Part shown: positions 1 through 13,400 of the stretch, piece by piece
Position numbering within the stretch: the first letter of the stretch is position 1
How the letters are laid out: each line of letters starts with the position of its first letter
Assembly: GCA_040285825.1 (NCBI GenBank)
Contig: JAUPSS010000001.1
Location: 3,977,681-4,041,680, forward strand
Origin: Eukaryota sp. TZLM1-RC
Taxonomy: Eukaryota; Protista; Metamonada: BaSk clade
Length of the DNA stretch: 64,000 bases
Direction of reading: 5' to 3'
The notes under the pieces: generated by a model
Told to the model about the DNA's origin: nothing
Databases searched by the model: none
Seen by the model: only the letters and a program-made list of their open reading frames with translations
Made by a program: the position numbers and the translations under genes

Positions 1-12
1 CGATTCCTGTCT

Positions 13-316
13 TTAAACAAGGTCGCGTGTCAATACTGTTGCTACAAGTACGAATGGAAGATCTTTGGTTCGAACATAAGCAAGCCCAATAGCTATTGAG
101 CAAAGCTTGTCCGCAAAGGGGTCGAGCCATGCTCCGAATTCTGTTTGCAAGGAAAACTTTCGTGCAATAACACCATCAAAAAAATCCGTTATTGCCAGAA
201 CAAACAAAATTAAGATGGAGTAATAGTTTGTGAGCAGTTGTGAAAAATTGATAAAATACAGGAAGCAAGAAGATTCTAAACAAAGTGAGAGAATTTGGAT
301 GGAATATAAACAGCAT
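13..316 (-). pseudogene. CDP-alcohol phosphatidyltransferase (PgsA/cardiolipin synthase-like), frameshifted
   Basis: ATG at 316 gives MLFIFHPNSLTLFRIFLLPVF (family PNxLTxxR motif). After a 1-nt frameshift near 230-250 it continues in the ORF-track frame: TDFFDGVIARKFSLQTEFGAWLDPFADK (DGxxARx8GxxxDxxxD signature). Early stop at 13-15. Pseudogene or sequencing error. Confidence 0.75.
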
Positions 317-855
317 TTGAAGGCAAGAAAGAGCAAATGAGCAAATAATTACGATCTCTTTGTTTTCTCCATTCAGATAGATGACCAGTCTCTATTATGT
401 TCTCTGATTTTGTAAGTGAAACATCCAACTAGGTCCAGGTGTGGGGACTCAACATCATTGTGGTCCATGTAAATTTGAGATGTCTGAAATCAATAGACCA
501 TCTTCTCGGTTATGAATTTTGTTGATTCGGGGCCAAACAAGCATTTGTTTAGGTCCCGTCCAAACACAGAGGGAGAGGGGAAGGGAGAATTGTTGAGATA
601 ACTGAATGGGAAGGGAACAAGAGGTAAAGGAAGGAGAAGGAAACTGGAAAAAAACATAGAGTTAAGACGGAGTAACAACGACCAGAACAGCTAGAGGGTA
701 AATCGAGCTGATGTTGATGATCACTAATAGAGATACAGTGGATAGGCATTTGATACCACTGTGGAAATTTGCAATCAATTTGAAATTGCAATCAGCATGT
801 CAAACATCGTGTCAGACAGCAAGATTATCTTGACTCTTCCCATTCCTCTAACATC

Positions 856-1050
856 ATGCAGCAAAAGGAGAAACAAGATAACGAGGTACCGGACTCAGTT
901 CCCACCTCCCTCTTCAACCTGTTCTTCACAGAACAGCAGAGTACTACTTCCCGAACTCCTCAGTCGGGAACAGTCATCCTGATCTACAGCAATAAACGAA
1001 ACGTCAGAGCCTCGATTTCCTATTGGAATCGTTGTTCTGATCCTTCCGTG
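856..1050 (+). mobile_element. Remnant of the 5' gag region of a Ty3/gypsy family related to the element at 43.3-50 kb
   Basis: 949-969 is a 21-nt exact match to 43602-43622. Peptide STTSRTPQSGT vs Gag SSSSRTPQSGPE. Boundaries approximate. Confidence 0.5.
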
Positions 1051-1134
1051 GGGGTAGAGTATTGCACTTTTTTCAGTCATCATGTGAGTCATCATATGGG
1101 TGCTGTTGAATCAGACATGGTGCTAATCACCTTG

Positions 1135-1272
1135 GATATGGGATGTTCTTCTTCGTGTTTTGTTTTGAATTGTTATTTTGATGTTATTGAGTTTGTTGTT
1201 TTTTGTGGTTTAGGTACTTGCACTTTGAATATGGGATGTTTTTCTTGTTTATGTTTTGTTTTGAATTGTTAT
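1135..1272. repeat. Imperfect ~45-bp direct repeat, two copies
   Basis: atatgggatgtt(c/t)ttctt...tgttttgttttgaattgttat at ~1136 and ~1228. Confidence 0.7.
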
Positions 1273-1282
1273 ACTGTATACT

Positions 1283-2425
1283 ATGGTCCAAGCTCAAATT
1301 ACGAAATTCAAACCACCTGAGCAATTTGAATTTTGGTCTAATATTCTCGATTTAAACCAACCAATGCTCAAACAGAAGAGCTATAAATTTAACAACATTA
1401 TCCACACAGATGGATTAAATGATGCAGTAGAATTTGTTTGTCGGGATTTACAAGGCCAGAAATGTAAGCCAAACAACAAGGCTAGTATTTCTGATTTATA
1501 TATTCATGATGTTGATGTTGATACTTTTCAAGACAAACGAATTGTTTTTTGTGATCCTGGAAAACGTGAGTTATTGTATTTTGGGAGTAAAAAACGGATC
1601 AAGAATTAGCCATGGTTCCTCAGAATGAAACCGAACAGCAAAGAAATAGTCGGGTGATGAATCAAGACAAGAAGTACAAATGGTTAAGAATGACTCAGAT
1701 GTCCTGGTCTTTGAAAATTTGGATGAATGAAAAGCAAAAACAATGGGCGACAAGGTATACTGAGGTAGATAGATTACGACAGGAATCAAATGATAGAGTC
1801 TTACGAAACAACAATCGAAGTTGCAAACACCGAATTATCTGCATTTGCTGCCAATTCAGCAACTTTTATAGATTTTTCCAACTTTATGGTTGCCAAACTT
1901 GGGCAAGTTTTTTGACAATTGACTTTTATAGTCTAGACTTGTGGAGCATTTATAAAATGCAAGCTTTTATTCACAAGCAAAAGACTGAAAGTTGGTTGTT
2001 AAAAAGTCTTGTTCAGCAGTTTGGCAATCCAAAAGACCCTTTAATACTAATGGGTGGTTATGGTAAAAAAGGTTTTAAGAATTTGAAACATCATCGACCT
2101 ACACGTGGTATTGGATGGATTCAATTTCTGAAAAGAAATGGATTTGAAGTATTGATGATTAATGAAGCTTTCAGCAAAATGTCCTGTTTGTTTTGAAAAG
2201 GTTGCTACGTTTTTGAGAAAAGCAAATCCCAGATTATATAAAAGAGAAAAGACTCCTGTTACTACATGTCATGGTTTATTAGCTTGTAACAGTGAGAGTT
2301 GCAAACTCAGTAACAAAGGCTCAACAAAGTTTTTCAATAGAAATAAGTTGGCTTGACTGAATGGGTTTACAATTGCCGAAGCCAGACTAAGTGGCAATGA
2401 AAGGCCTCAGTTTCTGTGTAGTTGA
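1283..2425 (+). pseudogene. Fanzor1 (eukaryotic TnpB, RuvC RNA-guided endonuclease family), decayed and 5'-truncated
   Basis: Colinear family motifs across frames: FNNIIHTDG; VFCDPGKRELLY (RuvC-I); TELS...F; FY...QKTE..L...FGNP; HRPTRGIGW..FLKRNGFEVLMINE (RuvC-II); CPVC...NPR...HGLLAC...C (zinc finger); FNRNKLA*LN (RuvC-III, D>N); terminal G..RPQFL. Several frameshifts and a premature TGA at 2354-2356. Confidence 0.88.
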
Positions 2426-2527
2426 TGGTTGTTGTAATTATTCCACAAATAAATTGATCCAAAAAATTGATTTGTCATGTATTTATGGGAATTTCCCATA
2501 ATAAATCTCACACTGCATAATCTCCCA

Positions 2528-3781
2528 ATGTGCTCAATTGTTCAAGCTATTCAGCAGCAATACAAACAAGCTACTAGTGATAATTCTGATAGGTATATTC
2601 TTACGAGCAAGAACCGTCAGCTTGACATTGAGTTCCCTGGGGAAGAAGACATGACTGACTTTTTTGCTGATACAACACAACTGAACAGTCTTAGTCTACG
2701 TCAACTAGCGATATCTTCTATAGGAGATTCGTCTCAACTCAACTCTTTTTTACCAAATGTTACATCTCTAGACCTTTCTGAGAACCACCTCACCTGGGAT
2801 AACATAGTTGAGCTGTCACAGTCTTTACCCAACCTCACGGAGCTTTCCCTATCATCAAACCCTCTCTTCTCTGTTCCTTTTGTCCCTTGCACTTTCCCTG
2901 CACTCACGACACTTGTCCTCAACAACACTCCTCTGACTTGGGAAATCCTTCATGAAATCTTACCCTGTTTTCCTTCCTTACATTCTCTTTTTCTTGCTCA
3001 CTGCTCCCTCCCTACCCCTGGTTCCCATCTTTCCTTTCCTCCTCTCTCCCTCATTGACCTCACTGGTAACAAGATCACCTGCCTTGACAGCTTTAGCTCT
3101 CTCAATGTCACTACTCTGAACCTCAACCAGAACCAGGTTACGGAGCTCAAACTTAACAATAACCACATCCAACATCTCTATTTAGGAGACAACTTAATCC
3201 CTAATCTCGCTTCCCTCTCCTCCATTTCTCTCCCCAAACTAACCTCACTTCGAATCTCCTCAAATCCCTTCCTCTTAGCTTACCCTCGTCTCTCTGTAGG
3301 TAGAGCCATGGTCATTGGAATGATCAGCGGGGTGGAGGTTTTGAATGGGACAAAAGTAGGCGAGCTTGAACGGGTTGATTCAGAAAGATTTTATTTAAGT
3401 AAGGCTGTCAATGATTTGAATGTTGAGGATTTTGACAAGATTCATCCAAATTACAAAAATTTGGTTGAAAAGCATGGTGATCCTGTCTCGTCAGTGTCGT
3501 TAAAGAGATCAATGACACTTGTACCAGTAATTCTCAAAAATTTGGACGATTTTGAGTGTAAAGAACGGACAAAGAAACTTCCTCAATCAATGACTGTTCT
3601 GCAATTAAAAGAGTTAATATGCACTTTATTTAAACTCGGCAGAGGAAATATAAGTAAATTAATTCTTCAATTCAAAGGTAAATATTCGCAGGATTTAGAT
3701 GTATTAGACCTTGATACAATGCCACTTTCCTTTTATAGTTTAACAGAAGGGGACATTCTGTTCAGTGTTGAGGAAAAATGA
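2528..3781 (+). CDS. TBCEL: Tubulin-specific chaperone E-like protein (LRR + C-terminal ubiquitin-like domain, no CAP-Gly)
   Basis: LRRs (LDLSENHL, LSLSSNPL, LVLNNTPL, LNLNQNQV); LNG...ERVDSERFYL...HP.Y..LVEKHG; Ubl KKLPQSMTV..LK. Start at 2528 preferred over 2477. Confidence 0.8.
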   Translation: MCSIVQAIQQQYKQATSDNSDRYILTSKNRQLDIEFPGEEDMTDFFADTTQLNSLSLRQLAISSIGDSSQLNSFLPNVTSLDLSENHLTWDNIVELSQSLPNLTELSLSSNPLFSVPFVPCTFPALTTLVLNNTPLTWEILHEILPCFPSLHSLFLAHCSLPTPGSHLSFPPLSLIDLTGNKITCLDSFSSLNVTTLNLNQNQVTELKLNNNHIQHLYLGDNLIPNLASLSSISLPKLTSLRISSNPFLLAYPRLSVGRAMVIGMISGVEVLNGTKVGELERVDSERFYLSKAVNDLNVEDFDKIHPNYKNLVEKHGDPVSSVSLKRSMTLVPVILKNLDDFECKERTKKLPQSMTVLQLKELICTLFKLGRGNISKLILQFKGKYSQDLDVLDLDTMPLSFYSLTEGDILFSVEEK

Positions 3782-4553
3782 ATTTTTTGATTTCTCTCTA
3801 CTATTCTTTCTATAGTTGTATTTTAAGAATTGTCTGTGATGTACACTTGGTGTTTGATGCATGGGGTTGTTTTTAGTTTCTTTATCATTGTTTGTTTATT
3901 TGAAAAGTCAATTTGAATAAAATTTTGTAAATTTTGAGTGTTTAATGGTGCGATAAATGGTGTTCAAATTTCAAATTAACATTTGCTCCCATCAAAATCA
4001 GATAATTTAAGAATTTACATTTTTTTGTGTGAAAACAATTTTGTAAACATACCGAATTGAAGGGGCAAAATTTGAAAACCTCTGCAACTGCGTGGATTTT
4101 GATTGATGGCCACTTTCCTTGCATATTGCTTTCGTAACCGTAATCAAGTTTAGTGAATTCAGTTAACAATATTATGATTTATTTAAATGTTCAATGATTT
4201 GCAAGGATATCTTTGATAAAAACAATTGATTGACTATTCAGCTGACATGGTCAACTGAATAAATAAAAAGTTGTTAACAACAAAGATCAAATTGAACAAT
4301 GAAAAAAATGACCCCAAATTCATACAGTTACGAGTAGACACGAATTGATGAAGCTGATTCTGATTAAAAAACTTGAAAAAGAAGGATGAGGAGAAGTCAA
4401 CAGAAGTCAAGTAGTTGCCGTTGGATGTCAACAAGATCATTCATTCAAAATGGATGTGACAAACATGATTGGAACACTGTCTTGATGCTTTGATGACTGG
4501 CTGATCTTGTTTGAAGGAGAGGTTGTCTATTTTTTGTTACTTTTCTTGTTACA

Positions 4554-5589
<1,036 letters not shown>

Positions 5590-5796
5590 TTTTTTTGTAT
5601 TTAGTCTGTTACAGAACGAATAAATCGTGTCTCATAATCATTTCAGATTCTTTAAAATTTGTTCTGAAAGTCAAAACAACAAAAAGTAAATGTGTTAATT
5701 AAATTATAACAATTGCAAATACAATGGCATAAATATAGACCGTAAATGGTTAAAAATATTGCTAGTCTACTAAACATAATTTATTGCGCATATTCA

Positions 5797-6149
5797 CTAA
5801 CCCATAAAGTTGAAGGCAACAAAGAACAACAAAAGTTGTGCAAAGACATAGCTAGCGAAAGAAGCACCCGGGGTAATTTCAGGAAACTGATCTTTGGTCG
5901 AAGGATGTGTTTGCAGCCTAAGATTTACTGAAGTCAGAGGGAATCGATCATACCAGTAAGGACAAGTGATCCTAATGTTGTGAATATAGCAGACATGTAT
6001 GAATTGAAAGGATAGGTGTTGATGAGTAGACCATAGCCTAATGTCACAAGAAGTAGAACAGCATGAAAGACAATAAAGAGATCAACTATTTGTGTCCGCT
6101 GGTCATGGGCTTTACGATAGTTATCATGAAAAGAAGAGAAGAGACCCAT
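5797..6149 (-). CDS. DAD1: Oligosaccharyltransferase subunit DAD1/OST2; 26-nt intron 5928-5953
   Basis: IVDLF...YGLLINTYPFNSYMS...GSLVLT|VNLRLQ...FPEITP..SFASYVFA...FNFMG*. Intron GTATGA...CTGACTTCAG. Confidence 0.93.
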
Positions 6150-6238
6150 TCTTTCAGATGACGCCTAAGTGTAAGGGGTAAGTGTTCTTTATCCTTAAAA
6201 ATGATTTTTCATTCTCTCAACAGTGATTCTTTTCAGTG

Positions 6239-6600
6239 TTACATTGGTCCACCATTTACATGTGCTTCCATCACTGCCATGATATCCAGCAAAGGATTTC
6301 GATCTCTAATCCACAGAATTTCAAGCCCATGAGCGATATACATTTCATGCCTCTGATATGTTCTTGGAGTTTTGCACCGTCTCAATGTTTCAACCATTTC
6401 TTCTGCTTTTTTTAAACCAGCTTTTCTAAATAAAATTTTCAAACCTTTTCCTTTGGCAGGATCTTTGAATTTCATGTGTTTTCGTTGTTGCCAGTCTCAA
6501 ATCCCAATAACTACTTGCATGGCATCAACAAAAACTTATTTGCAGCTCTGCATCATTTTCGCCTAAGATATCGTGCGGTTTATCTCAGCCTACCATCACT
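6239..6600 (-). pseudogene. Second Fanzor1 relic (C-terminal half, different subfamily, internally deleted)
   Basis: Minus strand reads INRTIS*AKMM...VF.DAMQVVIGI*DWQQRKHMKFKDPAKGKGLKILFRKAG...RCKTPRTY...HGL..LWIRDRN.LLDI...VNG. This matches the Fanzor1 pattern GDW....MKFKxPxKGKG...FRKAG ... NPRP ... HGL ... WNRD. Confidence 0.8.
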
Positions 6601-7481
6601 GTTTCTGATTATTTTATTTTGTTGATAGACCTCACCAACAATACTATTTATATAATCTATTTGTCATAACTTTTATTTTATTTATATATTTACTTGTTTA
6701 ATATACTCCATAAATGTGTCAAATCTGCAGGTTTTTGAATTGAATTGGGATAAAGTTGCTTCCCTTACTGCTTATTTGTGTGATAATTATTACCCACGTT
6801 TAATGGGCAATCATTTTCTTCGTGAATATTAGGATCTTGATGGTTAAATTTCCCCCAATAAATCAATAGTTTCTTGAATATTTTGATCAAATCTCTTTAA
6901 GTAGTACTGTCCTTTGAAAATTAACTCACTATCAATTCAATTTGAATGGATTAAATACCCTTCCGTAGTTTTGTTAATTGTTTGAAGTGTTTGAATATAC
7001 ATTTTTTAACCAACTTTAATTAACCAAATCAAATTGTGAGCAAATATGTCAAAAAAGACTTATTAATAGGTCATATTGTTTCAAGTCCATGCCGAATTGA
7101 ATATGAAACCTTGTTGTTTTTATCATTTCAATAATTGGTGATTACAAGACCAACAAAACCAATCTCACTGTTTCAAATAATTTACAGTGACTTGGGGCAT
7201 GAATTGTCGACAATGCTACAGATGCCTCTTTGTGACTTTTCATTTTTGAAAAATAGCTTGTAGTCATTTATGAAATTTTTTGAGTAAAATGATATGTGAA
7301 ATACATTAAGTTTCTCCTTAAACAGGAAATGACACTGGAAAACAACACTAATGAAGTTGTACTTTAACACTGGGTGTGATAATACCGAAAGGAAGGATGA
7401 AATGGAGTGAGTTTGTCTGTCTAAATTGTATATTCAAATCAAACTCTATTCCGCCATTGAAAATTATTTGACTCTCACACA

Positions 7482-10400
7482 ATGGCTGAAAAGAAGCTTT
7501 TCAGCATTGTCGCATCACGTCTTGCTGTTGATGTGCAAGTTGTTGAATCTTCATGTAAACACCCTTCTGTATCTAAACATTTTGAATCATTTCTTGCAGG
7601 GGATGATCCTCCAGCAATCTTTTTCTATAAGGACAATAGTGGTGTTTGTTGCTCTTCTACCATACCGGAAGCGTTAGATTCTCTCTGTGCATTCTTTGTT
7701 CGTCCCAACAAGAAAGCCATAACTACACATTCTTTCTCCACTGACCTTTTCTTTGGCTATGTGAATGGGAACTTCCTTCAAGATATGGTGACGTTTCTTT
7801 CTACCATCATGTCTCCCACTTTACACAATCATTCTCAAATCCAGTCCATTGACGAGGTCCAACGTGACTTCTTCCTCTCCGCTCTTGACAACTTTACCAT
7901 GGCTCTTTCGGACTCTGTCAATGCCATCGATGTTAACTTCCAGTTTACCCCTCCAGAAAACCTCTTTGGTCTCACTTCCTCCTCCTCCCAAGAAGATTTT
8001 GCCCGTGCCACCAAGGATCCTGAAATCATCTCAGTCTTTGAACGAACTCTCCACCAATGGTCCGTTCAGCTTGAACGTGTACTCGCTGAATCTGACCAAG
8101 TACGACAAGAATCAACTGATTCTGGTCCTTCTGCTGAGCTCGAACATTGGAAACAACGAATGGCCAGGTTCAACTACATTCACGAATATGTTCAACAGCC
8201 CAATGTTTACATCGTCACCTCTGTTCTTTCACTTTCCCGACCTCTAGATGAATGGAGAAGGTTATTAAGAAGAGTTAAGGACACTGCCATTGAAGCTGAG
8301 GATAACCTAAAGTATTTATATTCTATTGATAGGGTAGCGAGGCCCCTGTATACCCCTGATCCTAGTAAAATGGTTGAATGCCTTCCACAGCTGATGAGTT
8401 CTATATCTCTTGTTCACTCGCTCACCAGGTTTTACAATACGAACGAGAGGTTAACTGGGCTGTTTGTCAAGATTACTAACCAAATGGTTGTTTCATGCAG
8501 AAAATACATTCTTGAAGATTTAAATTCTTTCTGGGAAATTAATGATTATGATTGTTTAATGAAAAAATTAAAATCATGTATTGACCTGGGCTCGCAATAC
8601 CGCCTTATTTATCGTAAAACAAAAGAAAGTCTCACTGAGGTACCCACTGGTCGGCAATTTGATTTATCCGAAGCTTATATCTTTGGCCCAATGGATGTTT
8701 TTGTGCAGAGACTGGAACAGCTATTAGAGATCTTGACTACGAGCACACAGTTCCAGGCATTAAAGAAAGCTAATTTGACTGAGTTGGACGCCATTGCCGA
8801 GAAGTATTCCAAGGTATTTGATGACTTTAAAAGAAAACAATCCGACCCACTGTCTGAGTTTGCCTGTACTTCCTCGTTTGATAAGGATTATAACCGGTTA
8901 AATAATCAGGTTTCCGATCTAGAACGGCAACTAGTCAGTGCGATTGATGAGCTTTTCGCTTATTCTACTACTACTGAATATTCAATGGTATTGCTAAAAC
9001 AAATTCCTCCTGCTATTAAAAGAGACTCTTTTGCAACCTCACTCAATTCAAAATACCCGCTTGTTTTCTCCCAATACGCTTCTGATCTTGAAGTTATTCG
9101 TCGTCAATACCAGCAACACGCCACTAAACCACCAGTACCTAGAAACCAACCTCCTGTTGCTGGAGCCATTAACTGGGCAAGACAGTTACTACGAAGAATA
9201 CAGGAACCAATGGATCTCTTCTCGGAGCGCGTTCCTCATGTCTTGGCGCTCCCTGATGGTAGAAAGGCGGTCAGAACGTATAACAGGTTAGCTCAGGCCT
9301 TATTAGAATACGAAACATTGTACTTTAAAGCTTGGGTAGACTCTATAAAGTCTGCCAGACAAGGTTTGTTAGCTCCTGTTTTCGTCAGAAAAACTGATTC
9401 GCTGGAATTCTCTGTTCATTTTTCGTCTGCTCTTTCACAATTAATTGCTGAAACTAAGTGGTTAACTAACATTGGATTAGAAATTCCCGATGAAGCTGTA
9501 ACAGTTCTTAGTCAGGAGTCGAGACTTAAATCATTGAGAGACTCTTTTAGTCAAATTGCAAAAGATTATTCAGATGTCCTAGACAAAATTAAACCCGCTT
9601 ATAAGACATTAATTCAGTGTCACTTGAATGAATTTGAAAAGCTAATCGCACCTGGTTTTTCAGTGATAACTTGGAGTGCTGTTGGTGCACCCCAGTTTTT
9701 AACTAATGTTCAAGAAGGTTTATCTAAATTAAGTGCCCTTGTTTTCGAAGCTAATGATATTTACACTTTTAGAATTGATGCCCTTTTAACCCAAATTAAA
9801 AACTCTAACAGTATAGAAATTCCTGATGAATCTGTAGGGTTGAATAACTTTTTGAACTCCTGCCAATCAAAAAGTGATGAGGTTGCCGTTTGGATTGAGG
9901 AAAAGTCGAGGTCAATTGAAGCTTCTGTTTCTGATTTAATTACCCTTTTATCACCAAACAAGAGTGATTCTGTCTTGTGTCATCAGTACGACAATCATGC
10001 TCGTGATTTTTTCTATTCTTTGAGAAATAATTGTTTTAATAACATTTTGTCATGCTTAACAGCTTCTGTTCGTCTTTTACGATTTTCTCTAGGAAAGACT
10101 GATACACCACCTCTTTTCAAAGGTCAAGTAGAGCTCACTGACCAAAATTTAACCATATCACCCACTTGTCAGGATGTTGAAGCCACTGTTATTTCAGTCG
10201 TCAAGGCCGTCACTTCTTCTGCAAGGAAAATCTCTCATTGGAATGATTTAAATAAGCCAAATGATAACCGTGAAAACTTTTTGTTTGACATCTCTATTCA
10301 TAAACCTCTAGTCAAGGTTTGCTTCATTTTGGCTGGCGAAATTGAAAAAATACCAGAATCAATTACCCAGTCTTTATCCATTTTTGATTTCATTAAACCT

Positions 10401-13400
10401 TATATGGAAGAAAGTCCAGCTAAATCATTTGAAAAGTTTTTTGCCACTGAGCCTTCTTTAACTGATTACCAACTGTTATTTACCAAGTTTAATGAGGTGA
10501 TTTCCCAAATTTCAGAACTACCAAATACTATTAATATATCTGGAACACTTGATATTGCCGCAACAGACGTCAAAACACAATTAAAAGATTTAATTGCCTC
10601 CTGGAAAACTTACTATGCTAATTCATTAAGCGAATCAGTCAAAACTCAAATGAAAGAAATTGAAGATAATCTTGCTGATCATTTCTCAAAACTAACTTTC
10701 CAACAAGCAAAAGAAGAATTTGACTTGGAAGATGTAAGGGACATCATGACTCAGTTAGCAGAGTTGAGGAGTTTGGAAGCTGATTTTGATTTGAAATTAC
10801 TCCCTCTATCTGAAACCTTTAATTTACTCTCTAACTTTGATGTTGGTGTAGGTAAAGAAGATGTAGAAGAGCTAGATAACATCAAAAACTTATGGGAAAA
10901 GCTCCGTTCTTGCGTCGTTGATCTTATGGACAGACTCACTGATCTTCAGCCCATCATGAGGAGTGCTCTAGTGAGCTCAGTCAAAAATTTGGTCAAGGAT
11001 GTCGAAAATTTCAAAAAAGATTATGATGAAAATGGACCAATGGTACCGGGAACAGAACTTGAAGTAGCAAGCGAACGTTTAAAAACTTTCAAAGCCGCTT
11101 ATGCTGAACGTGAGCGTAAAGCCAGCACATATAACGTAGGTGAGGAGCTCTTTAACCTTCCAATTACTCAATATCCTGAATTAGTCCAAATAAGAAGAGA
11201 ATTAAAACTGTTAGACTCACTTTATGGCCTTCACGCCAATGTCATGACTGCAATCCGTGGTTATGGGGATATTCTCTGGTCAGATAAAGATTTGGATGCG
11301 ATTGCTGTACAATTATCAGATTTCCAACAGAAATGTCGACGTTTGCCTTCATCTCTACGCGAATGGGATGCTTATAGACAACTCAAAGAAATGATTGATG
11401 GATTTTATGACACTTTGCCTCTCCTACAACAAATTGGAAACGACTGTATGCGACCAAGACATTGGGAAGCTATCCAAAGGCTATGTAATTGTAAGTTGAG
11501 GTGGGATGCGGAAGATTTCACAATGTCTGAAATACTAGAAGCTCCTCTATTAGACCACAAGGAAGATGTGGAAGAAATTGCCAATTCTGCAGTAAAGGAA
11601 CGGGAAATTGAGATCCGACTCGGTCAAATTGAGAATGATTGGCGAGACCAAGCTTTTGAGTTTGCCGAATATAAATCAAGAGGTCTTTTGCTATTAAAAC
11701 CTGCAGAGACTTCAGAAATTGTGGCACTTTTAGAAGATTCTCAAATGGTTTTAGGTGGTTTAATTAGTTCAAGATACAATGCGCCTTTTAAATCACGAAT
11801 TACTGACTGGATCAACAAACTATCAACTTGTTCTGAAAGAATTGATTTATGGCTACGTGTTCAGTTCCTCTGGGCTTACCTTGAAGCCGTATTTTCTGGA
11901 GGTGATATTGCCAATCAACTACCTCAAGAAGCTAAACGTTTTGCTGGTATTGATAAGTCATGGGTTAAGATTATGAATACTGCAGTCAATGAGCCGCATT
12001 GTATTTCTTTATGCTGTTCTAACGATACACTGGAAAACTTGCTTCCTCATTTAATAGAGCAACTTGAAATTTGTCAAAAAAGTCTTTCACATTATTTGGA
12101 ATCAAAAAGATCTTTATTTCCCAGGTTTTATTTTGTTTCAGATGCACAATTACTGGAAATTCTAGGCCAAGCTTCCGATCCTAACAATATTCAATCACAT
12201 TTAAAATCTATTTCTGAAAATATTGGTAAAGTTATATTTGATAAGAAAATACCCAACGATATCATTGCAATTCAATCAGTCGAAGGCGAAATTGTACCAT
12301 TAGTTCGCCGAGTCACTGCCCAGGGAGCTATTGAAACTTGGTTGACTGCACTAATTGATTCCATGCAACTTACCATTCGATGTATCTCACGTGCAGCTTC
12401 AATGGAACTACTTCCCCTTTCCAGCCAGTTAGGTTTATCCGGTGATAAAAACAGTAGCAGTCAAGATGACGACGATGAAGAAGACCTAGATTCTGGTAAC
12501 CAGCAATTAACAGAATTTATTTCACGTTATCCCGCTCAAGTTACCTTACTTGGATTACAAATGTTATGGACAAAGCAAGTAGAAGAGGCTTTGCGAGCTG
12601 CTAAAACAGACAAGGCGGCTTTGGCACATTGTAATAAATTGGTCGCTGGTATAATGTCTCTCTTGGTTGATCTGACGACTAAAGATTTGGGTCCTGCAGC
12701 CAGAAACCGTACCAAAGTTGAAGCTCTTGTCACTATTCAAGTCCATCAACGCGATATTTTCGAATCGTTATACAAGCAACGAATCCGTAATGCCTATGAT
12801 TTTGAGTGGCTGAAACAGACAAGATTCTATTGGCGTGAAGAGCAAGATCATGCAATTGTTTCAATTACTGATATCGACTTTGAATATTCATATGAATACC
12901 TTGGATGTACTGATCGTCTCGTCATTACCCCACTCACAGATCGTTGCTACATTACTCTCGCCCAAGCCTTGGGAATGTTTTTGGGTGGAGCTCCTGCTGG
13001 GCCAGCAGGTACAGGTAAGACTGAAACAGTAAAGGATATGGGAAAAGCTTTAGGAAAGTACGTCGTAGTGTTCAATTGCTCCGACCAAATGGATGTGAAA
13101 TCTCTAGGTAAAATTTTCAAAGGACTAGCTGAATCTGGGGCTTGGGGATGCTTTGACGAATTTAATAGGATTCTATTACCAGTCTTGTCTGTCGTTGCTC
13201 AGCAAGTGCTATGCGTACTCACTGCTTTACGAGAACAAAAGACACAGTTTGTATTTAGTGATGGAGAGCTCACAAAGTTGAACCCTAGATGTGGTATGTT
13301 TATTACAATGAATCCTGGATATGCTGGAAGACAAGAGCTTCCTGAAAACTTGAAAGTTTTGTTCAGGTCAGTGGCCATGATGGTTCCAGATTTTGCTCTC

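Noticed and set aside
340-855. Short ORFs upstream of the phosphatidyltransferase
   Set aside because: No recognisable motifs in any frame
856-2425. Fanzor carried by an LTR retrotransposon
   Set aside because: Only adjacency of two decayed fragments; no shared element boundaries visible
6620-7420. Possible decayed transposon sequence; likewise 3900-4500, 23520-24350 and 27300-28400
   Set aside because: Coding-like texture, but no motif I can support
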